A stretch of DNA of 33,682 nt, taken from a virus. The stretch lies in the UHGV virus genome UHGV-0018978. One strand, 5' to 3'. The notes beneath the pieces were generated by a model that saw only the letters and a program-made list of their open reading frames with translations, was not told the origin of the DNA and made no database searches. The position numbers and the translations under genes are program-made. Shown one piece after another: positions 27,238 to 33,682 of this stretch. Each line of letters starts with the position of its first letter. Position 1 is the first letter of the stretch.

Positions 27238-27772
27238 GCTCGCTGATTTCCTGTGTTGCCGCCGGAACCGGTGAATAATCAAGAATGAGATAGCGCAGGA
27301 CGTGGTCGGTGATATTCCAGCCACTGGAGCCACAAATAAAACGACCCAGCCGGATATCGATATAAGCCATCACAAAACGGGGCATTCCCTGTTTGCACAT
27401 CTCGTCATCCACTTCAGCAACGATGTGAACCGACTCGCAAGTCAGTACACCTGTCGCAAATTCTTTTGCCAGTGCCGGAATGGCATTGCCTTCCAGCCAG
27501 GGCAAAGAGCGGCGGAACGCGCACCATTGAGCATCATCAATATCGGGGTGCTCCGTTGTTGCGTTTCGTCTTACTGGCGGCGTTGGACGAGGGCGCTGAA
27601 CGTCATAAAAGCCATTACATTCAGTCAGCAATCCGGCATCAACCGCATCGCGCAGGAAATACACCATTGAGGAAGGTGGCATCTTCATTTTTTCAGCCAG
27701 AACGCCACAAGTCAGACGGCCGTAAGCGCGTAATAATGTACTGACACCGTTCAGAATTTTTGCATCAATCAC
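27230..27772 (-). CDS. Hypothetical early-region protein with a possible N-terminal HTH
   Basis: 180-aa ORF tightly packed with its neighbours. Confidence 0.45.
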   Translation of the reverse strand: MIDAKILNGVSTLLRAYGRLTCGVLAEKMKMPPSSMVYFLRDAVDAGLLTECNGFYDVQRPRPTPPVRRNATTEHPDIDDAQWCAFRRSLPWLEGNAIPALAKEFATGVLTCESVHIVAEVDDEMCKQGMPRFVMAYIDIRLGRFICGSSGWNITDHVLRYLILDYSPVPAATQEISEHD

Positions 27773-27775
27773 CGG

Positions 27776-28381
27776 TTATTCCTCCGTCAGCGCCACAAAT
27801 TCAGAATGTTTAATGCGCTGGCATTCGGCGGGAACCGGTCCCTTAACCTCACCGCCAAGAAGGCGTACTTTAAACAAAATGCCGAATCCATCACGGTCGT
27901 GGTGCATTTCCCACACTGATTTGATGTCAAACAGGTCAACTTCGGCATCTACATTAAGTTCATTACACAGCCAGCCCGGAAAATCCGGGTGTTTTTTGAG
28001 CTGATTTTCACAGTCCCGGATGAGCTTCCCGTACTCACGGCCTGCCGGTATTGTCATATCCGGCATTGCGCCCCATAACTGAATATCACCAATGAAAAGT
28101 GTCTTTGATTTAGCCTCCCATCCTTCCGGTGGTAAACGGTTAAACCAGACACGCGTAACCCTCTCAGACCCTTTGTCACCAGACAAAGACACACCGGTTG
28201 CATTCACTGATTGCTGTAATAACGCAATAACCTCACCACGCTTAACAGAAACGTCTTTCAGCCAGCGAATCGTATAAGCGTTAGCGGCTGTGTCACTCAG
28301 TTTAAAATAAGCACATGCTGTCATTTTCATTCTCTCCGGTTCTGATTCAGGCGCGAGTAGTCCCCTGACGCATCGCGCCAT
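27776..28381 (-). CDS. Hypothetical early-region protein
   Basis: 201-aa ORF (start may be the internal MKMTACAYF) directly downstream of gam. Confidence 0.45.
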   Translation of the reverse strand: MARCVRGLLAPESEPERMKMTACAYFKLSDTAANAYTIRWLKDVSVKRGEVIALLQQSVNATGVSLSGDKGSERVTRVWFNRLPPEGWEAKSKTLFIGDIQLWGAMPDMTIPAGREYGKLIRDCENQLKKHPDFPGWLCNELNVDAEVDLFDIKSVWEMHHDRDGFGILFKVRLLGGEVKGPVPAECQRIKHSEFVALTEE

Positions 28382-28421
28382 AATTAAACGAATGTGAATT
28401 AATTAAATATTAATGGTGGTA

Positions 28422-28946
28422 TTAAATACCGGCTTCCTGTTCAAACGGAATAATGGAAAAATCTTCAATGCCCGATTTAACTGTAATTCCGGCGACACCT
28501 GCGACCGCTTTCGGTTCCAGTAAAATCGCTTCCTTGTTGATTTCCTGTTTCGTGCGAATAAAACGTTGCAGGCCAAGACGCTCCAGCGTTTCCATCACCG
28601 CATCCACACCGCGAATACTTACCGATGGTGGGCGCTGACGCCATGATACATCGCCGGTTACCAGGTTTGCTGTCTTCACCTTGCCGCCGTTCGTCAGTTC
28701 GTCACGGTTCGCTTCACACCATCCCTGAACACCTTTTGAAAGGGTTTCGATACTGGTTTTAAGCGGCGCAATCTGTGAGGCGTATTTCTCCGTAATCTCA
28801 GCAATAGCGTCATTCATTTCTGTTTCAAGTCGTGCCGCTTCGCGTTGCAGGTCCCCAATCCGGCGGATATCACATACCACGGCATCGCGGGATTGCGGAA
28901 CATAAGCCGCTGCGGCGCTCTTGATTCGTTTTGCTGGTTTAGCCAT
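28422..28946 (-). CDS. gam: Host-nuclease inhibitor Gam (binds DNA ends)
   Basis: 174 aa, MAKPAKRIKSAAAAYVPQSRDAV...GIEDFSIIPFEQEAGI; length and sequence agree closely with my recollection of Mu Gam. Confidence 0.85.
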   Translation of the reverse strand: MAKPAKRIKSAAAAYVPQSRDAVVCDIRRIGDLQREAARLETEMNDAIAEITEKYASQIAPLKTSIETLSKGVQGWCEANRDELTNGGKVKTANLVTGDVSWRQRPPSVSIRGVDAVMETLERLGLQRFIRTKQEINKEAILLEPKAVAGVAGITVKSGIEDFSIIPFEQEAGI

Positions 28947-28966
28947 ATAAATAAAGCTCCTGTTAA

Positions 28967-29266
28967 TTAATATTCGCTGTATACAATGCTGGATACAGCA
29001 CGATTGCTTAATTCCATCTTTTGGGCTATCACATGAATAGCCAGCCCTTCTTTATAAAGTTCACGACACAAATATTTGTCGTGCTCACTGACCCGGTATG
29101 CACACAACGATATTCCGTGCCTTCTGGCATGTGCCTGTAGGGCGGTTGGGGCAACGTTCAGTTTTTTCGCCATTTCTTCGACGGTCATTTTCCCGACACT
29201 GGCTTCGATAAATTCCCGGTCTTCGCGTGACCAGCGCTTACGATTACACTTCATGTCAGCCACCAT
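28967..29266 (-). CDS. Small putative DNA-binding protein (HTH)
   Basis: 99 aa with HTH-like segments (TVEEMAKKLNVAPTALQAHARRHGIS). Confidence 0.45.
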   Translation of the reverse strand: MVADMKCNRKRWSREDREFIEASVGKMTVEEMAKKLNVAPTALQAHARRHGISLCAYRVSEHDKYLCRELYKEGLAIHVIAQKMELSNRAVSSIVYSEY

Positions 29267-29686
29267 TCAGTACAGCAGAGGCTCGCGCAGTGATGCCGGA
29301 ATATGCCGCAGCGATAACTGAACCGCTTTCAGGGCAAGGGAAGAATACGTCCCCTGCGTCCAGCCTTTCGCCATTTGCCGGTAATCGCGCCAGATGTTCT
29401 GCCACTGCTCCCGTGCGTCCGGGTCTGACGCGCTGATGTATTCGCGGTCCATGACGTATTCCCATAAATCCACATTGAAGGCGTTGCCAAACGTAATGGC
29501 GCGGAATACCGCCTCTCCGCAATAACGCGCACAAATGCTGTAATGGTCAAATGCAATCAGGTAAGTCTTTTCGCCATACCCCTCAACTTCGCGCGCGCAA
29601 ATAAATTCGCGCAAGTCTCCACCATTGTTATTACGCATTTTAATTCGAATTAATGCCTGGATTTCGTTTCTGATTCTGGCGTTCAT
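29267..29686 (-). CDS. Hypothetical early-region protein
   Basis: 139-aa ORF, contiguous with neighbours. Confidence 0.45.
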   Translation of the reverse strand: MNARIRNEIQALIRIKMRNNNGGDLREFICAREVEGYGEKTYLIAFDHYSICARYCGEAVFRAITFGNAFNVDLWEYVMDREYISASDPDAREQWQNIWRDYRQMAKGWTQGTYSSLALKAVQLSLRHIPASLREPLLY

Positions 29687-29700
29687 TGTCAGCGTTCCTT

Positions 29701-29964
29701 TCAGTGACGTGTTCCTTCAACTGTCGCTTCTGTGACACTGCCACCCGAAATGACGCCATCATTTTTCAGTATTTCAATGGCCTCATGGGCTGACTCGCGA
29801 ACGATATCTCGGCTTTTTTCCAGAACCAGTAACGCTATCGCACCAGCAAGCGTGTATTCATCACCATCCAGTTCTGCACTGTGGTCCACGTTAACATTGG
29901 TGCGTAAATGCTGCCCTTTAACTTCAGATGTCACATTTTTGATTTCGATAATGACTTTTGCCAT
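29701..29964 (-). CDS. Hypothetical early-region protein
   Basis: 87-aa ORF. Confidence 0.4.
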   Translation of the reverse strand: MAKVIIEIKNVTSEVKGQHLRTNVNVDHSAELDGDEYTLAGAIALLVLEKSRDIVRESAHEAIEILKNDGVISGGSVTEATVEGTRH

Positions 29965-29975
29965 TTTGTTTCTCC

Positions 29976-30230
29976 TTATTGATTCTGAATAATTGCGCTG
30001 ACCTTTACCTTCGCGCCTTCTACCTGTTTAAAGAAAACACCACTGCACCACGGACAACATGTGAAGGAGTCCCATACTTCATTTTCGGGGGAACTTTGCG
30101 TCATAAGCTGTTCACCACATCCCGGGCATTTATATGTCGTCAAAGGCACTCCGTGGCGCTGACAATGTTTAACCCACTCAATATATTTTCCAGACCTGAT
30201 ACTCATCGTTATCTCCAGATAATCTGACAA
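29976..30230 (-). CDS. Small zinc-ribbon protein
   Basis: 84 aa with CPGCG...CCPWC, a CxxC...CxxC zinc-ribbon pattern. Confidence 0.5.
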   Translation of the reverse strand: MSDYLEITMSIRSGKYIEWVKHCQRHGVPLTTYKCPGCGEQLMTQSSPENEVWDSFTCCPWCSGVFFKQVEGAKVKVSAIIQNQ

Positions 30231-30436
30231 CCATTAAGACGGGCCGTCCATACTGAACGGGCAACCCCGGATTTATGCTCCATAATTCTGACCGCGCTTT
30301 TTACCAGTTCCACTGGTGGGTAAGTGATTTCAAGAATCGGACGCGCCACACCGAGATATGATTCATTTACATAACTCCCGCGCGCCTGTAACCAATGCTG
30401 CGCATCTTTTGCCATTTTGATATTACGAGACATCAT
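30209..30436 (-). CDS. kil: Kil-like host cell division inhibitor
   Basis: 75-aa ORF immediately downstream of B, the position and size of Mu kil. Confidence 0.55.
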   Translation of the reverse strand: MMSRNIKMAKDAQHWLQARGSYVNESYLGVARPILEITYPPVELVKSAVRIMEHKSGVARSVWTARLNGCQIIWR

Positions 30437-31392
30437 GATTTAGTATCCTCTTTCACACCCAGCAGCATCGAAACATCAACGTCCTGGTCTAACTCTTTGT
30501 AAGCCTCTCGCAGATAATCCTCGTTAACACGTTCGCCTTTACCGAAGGCATTCATAACAGCAAGGCGCAGAGTTTGATTCATAATGCGGAGTGCACCGGG
30601 CGTTTGTGCAATCTGCTGTAATAGTTCCCGTTCATTTTTCCCGGTAATCTGCCAGGCATCCGCAATAGCGTTTACATCGTCTTCTTTGGTTTTATTAATT
30701 GCAGTGCGCTTTGCAATACGGGAAAACAGACGGGCAAACTCAATTGTTCTGTCGCCATTACTGGTCATATTTGAATAAACACGGTGATTCCCCATCAGAA
30801 CAAGACCAATACAGGCTGATTCCTGTAACAGACGGAGTTCTTCCAGCGCCTCGGTGTCGAGGTGATCAGCTTCGTCAACAATGACCAGCCCCTGTGTTCC
30901 CTTTAGGCGACGACGCAGATTGCGGGAAAGCGGCCCTTTGCGACATGGTGCATTATTCATTCCCAATTCTTCGGCAAGTTCGGTCAGACATTCCAGTGTA
31001 CTGGCACGGGATGGCGCAATGGTGATCATCCAGACATTATTATTAGTGCGACAAAATTCACGGGCCGCTTCGCTTTTACCCACGCCAGGATTACCGCAGA
31101 TAACAGCAATAGTTCCGGTCAGATTAGCAAAACGCATACTTGTCCAGATTTGACGGGCTGTTGTAGTTTCCACAAAACGCGGGGGTTCCGGCAGTTCTTC
31201 AGCGCGGTGATAGTTTTCCAGCCAGCGTTGCAGTGTGCTCCCGATTGCTTCCATGTTGCCGTTATATTTATCATTCACAAAACCACTGACTGTGCTCAGG
31301 GCTACACCTGATTCACTGGCGATGCGTGTCAGCGTGGTTTCTCCATTGTCTACAAGCGTGCGCAGTCCTGCGCGAATATCGGAAATATTCAT
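30433..31392 (-). CDS. B: Transposition ATPase / target DNA activator B (MuB)
   Basis: 319 aa, [14 protein letters not shown]... with Walker [11 protein letters not shown] and Walker [11 protein letters not shown]; closely matches my recollection of Mu B. Confidence 0.9.
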   Translation of the reverse strand: MNISDIRAGLRTLVDNGETTLTRIASESGVALSTVSGFVNDKYNGNMEAIGSTLQRWLENYHRAEELPEPPRFVETTTARQIWTSMRFANLTGTIAVICGNPGVGKSEAAREFCRTNNNVWMITIAPSRASTLECLTELAEELGMNNAPCRKGPLSRNLRRRLKGTQGLVIVDEADHLDTEALEELRLLQESACIGLVLMGNHRVYSNMTSNGDRTIEFARLFSRIAKRTAINKTKEDDVNAIADAWQITGKNERELLQQIAQTPGALRIMNQTLRLAVMNAFGKGERVNEDYLREAYKELDQDVDVSMLLGVKEDTKS

Positions 31393-31430
31393 CTTAATAA
31401 CCTCGTAATCAAATTTTATTTAAACGTTAA

Positions 31431-33403
31431 TTAAATGGCTTTTTTGCGTCTTTTCTGTTCCAGAATATCCAGTGACTGATTCAGATATTCATCACGAGAG
31501 GGTTCGTATTTATCATCGGGGGTGCGATATTTAACCTGCACTGTGTTACCTACAGGCCGGAAAATACCAACAACCCTTGATTCTGGTGCTGCTGGTTCGG
31601 CTATCTGCGGCAGTAATTCAGCAACTTCCAGTGCGTCCATTTGTTTCTGTGCCTTAATCGCTGCTTTCGTCGCAGATTTCAGTTGTTTCTGGCGTCGGCG
31701 ATACTCACGACCTGCCGCAGCATCATTAAATGCAACTGGTGCCAGACATTCCGCTTCACAGATAAACCGACCGTCCAGGGTGTAGCAATAAACAGTGCTG
31801 TGTAGCTGCTGCGGATCAAACCTGACCACGACTTTTTTCACTCCGGCATTCATTAATGCCATGTTGTAATAAACGTTTTTCGCGCCTTTAAGAGAGCCGC
31901 CAACTTTAAGCGTAAACTCGCCTTTGCGTGAAACGTTCACCGCCTCAGCAGGCAGTAACAACATCCGTTTTTGTTCTTCGGTTGGCTTACGTACAATCGT
32001 TCTGGCGTATTCACGCTCAAAAACATCATCAAACGAAAGTTTGCCCCCGCACATTTCTGTTTCACGGCCTGTTCTGGCATTGAACATCGCCACACCTTCG
32101 GCAAGTGTTTTCAGAAACAGTTCTGCATCAATAGCCCGGTCGCCATAGTTATCAGGTTTTGCCTGCGGATTTGGCCCCGTATATGCGCCAGCCAGCGCCG
32201 GATGCTTATCAACATATTCCTCAAGTCCCCCTACACCAAAAGCGCGTTCAACTGGTTTTGCCTGCCCCCAGCCCTTACCAGCAACAACACTTGTCCAGTG
32301 CATGGTGGCCCCCATCAGTAAAAACAGTCCCTTTGGATCATCCTCTTTCACTTTAAAGCGGTAGCGATTGGGCGCGCCCCCCGTCAGCCATTTATTCGCT
32401 GCGCCACGGGTGTTATCAATAGTGATATGAAAATCCTCCGGGATGCCGTAGCGTGTCACCACATCCATGAACGAGAGGCGAATTGAATCGATGTTCTCGC
32501 TTACATCGCAACGCCAGCCCAGAATTTTTCGGGTTTTCACATCCTGCCAGAACCATGTTTTCGGGCGGATCACATCACCGTTAAACCAGCGTACAAAGAC
32601 GTTATGGAGATAACCGTCGCCGTTGATCCACTGCATAGCGTCCAGGTGTTCCACAGTTCGCTGCTGTGCCGGTATCAGATGCATCAGTGCATGTTCACCT
32701 TCACGGCAGGCAACAACCATTGCCTCGTCCAGTTGCTGAATCCGGCGAAAGGCCGTGGCACGGGAGGGAATATTCCAGCCATGCTCACGTGCAGCCAGTT
32801 CCAGACGCTCATAACATTTGCGGAAGGCGGGCTTTTCCGGTCGCAGATAATCTGCAATCAGAAACTGCCAGGCATCCTCGTCAAATTCACTTTTGTGAAC
32901 ATTGCGACGAGATGCACCACGTCCATCAACAAGTGCAGCCGCCCAGTCAGGCTTCGCAAACTTCTGTACCGCACAGTGGATGCGCTGACCTGGTAATGCC
33001 CTGCAACGGTCGCAAAAGCCGTTTTTGTTGAAATCCCCTGGTTCAGCATTTCGTCTGCGGCCTGAACTGCAGGCAACCATTTTTCAGCAAGTCTGCGCTG
33101 GGAATCGCTGGCGTTATCCCATTTGCTCCACAGTGCCTCACGATCGTAATCGTGCGCTTCCAGCGTGGGGCGGGCGATTTCAAAATACCCCTGGCTTGTT
33201 TCAATACCTCCTTGTTGCAATAAAATTTCAGCACGTAATGCAACAGGAAATGATTTGATATTGAATTCAAATGATACGCCTTTAGTACCTGTAACTTGCC
33301 TAAACACCCAGCCTTCTCTTTGTGCCTTACGTGTAATGTTAGTTGCTTGCTTTGGCAAACCAGCAAAACCAAGCAATTCTTTCGCTGTATACCACTCTTT
33401 CAT
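31431..33403 (-). pseudogene. A: DDE transposase A (MuA-like, D108-type N-terminus), split by a frameshift near 32968
   Basis: The N-terminal 181-aa ORF (32858-33403) and the 549-aa ORF (31431-33080) are in different frames. Conserved sequence runs ...[11 protein letters not shown] in frame 1, then continues [19 protein letters not shown]... in frame 2, with about 223 nt of overlap. The 549-aa part includes the catalytic core and C-terminus. Confidence 0.7.
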
Positions 33404-33410
33404 AGCGCAC

Positions 33411-33632
33411 CTAGTATCGAGATGGCCAGATATCCTGCGGTGTCATTCCCAATGCATCTGCAATGATTTTTTCCGCTTTCGGGTATCTCTTATCTAAAGC
33501 ATTTTTTAATGTTGAAGACGAAAGATGATTCGATCTTCCCAATTCGGCCAGTGACATATTGCGTTTTCGTAACTCAGCAACGATGTCAGCCCGATGCCAG
33601 TCTTGGCGGTTAGCTCTTTTATTCATATGCAT
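33411..33632 (-). CDS. ner: Ner-like DNA-binding regulator (D108-type)
   Basis: [73 protein letters not shown] belongs to the Ner/Nlp family. Start chosen at 33632 to give 73 aa; the ORF extends to 33656. Confidence 0.8.
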   Translation of the reverse strand: MHMNKRANRQDWHRADIVAELRKRNMSLAELGRSNHLSSSTLKNALDKRYPKAEKIIADALGMTPQDIWPSRY

Positions 33633-33660
33633 TTCATGTAATCCTTTCAGATTCACCCGT

Positions 33661-33682
33661 GAGCTACTCTACAAAGTAGCTC
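33661..33682. promoter_or_regulatory. Candidate operator: inverted repeat GAGCTACT-N6-AGTAGCTC upstream of ner
   Basis: Perfect 8-bp inverted repeat at the window edge, about 30 bp upstream of ner, where the early promoter and operators lie in Mu-type phages. May be cut off by the window end. Confidence 0.4.

Noticed and set aside
28380-28430. AT-rich near-palindrome GGTATTAAATACC between gam and the downstream gene as a regulatory site
   Set aside because: The symmetry is imperfect and the gap is only 41 bp; it is more likely just the ribosome-binding region of the next gene.
32970-33080. N-terminal 36 residues of the 549-aa ORF ([17 protein letters not shown]...) as the true start of a separate gene
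   Set aside because: This stretch overlaps the upstream A fragment out of frame and is not conserved; it is better explained as read-through after a frameshift in a single A gene.
31431-33403. Transposase interpreted as an IS element or composite transposon
   Set aside because: The transposase is MuA-type and sits in a full phage genome with B, ner, gam and structural genes; no IS-like terminal inverted repeats flank it.
1-33682. CRISPR arrays, tRNA or rRNA genes
   Set aside because: No regularly spaced direct repeats and no tRNA-like or rRNA-like sequence were seen; the window is densely protein-coding.

Overview
The window reads as almost one entire Mu/D108-like transposable prophage, with every gene on the minus strand (the window is the reverse complement of the conventional Mu map). 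Running from high to low coordinates: ner, transposase A, transposition ATPase B, kil, a block of small early genes including gam and gemA, one Mor/C-family activator, a lysis cassette, terminase, portal, head genes, sheath, tube, tape measure, baseplate genes, two tail-fibre/chaperone modules, then com and mom. Both prophage ends, the c repressor and the last codons of mom lie outside the window. No rRNA, tRNA, CRISPR array, IS element or integrase was seen. The most notable points are: (1) the A transposase is split across two reading frames near 32968, so the element may be transposition-defective; (2) there is no gin invertase or invertible G segment, and instead two co-oriented fibre/chaperone modules sit in tandem; (3) an AT-rich secreted-protein gene with its own terminator sits where a second Mor/C-type activator would be expected; (4) a GATC-containing palindrome lies upstream of com/mom; (5) the same terminator hairpin occurs twice. 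All calls come from reading the ORF translations and sequence by eye and from recalled knowledge of Mu; no database search was run, and the Mu gene order and the recalled reference protein sequences are from memory rather than checked.
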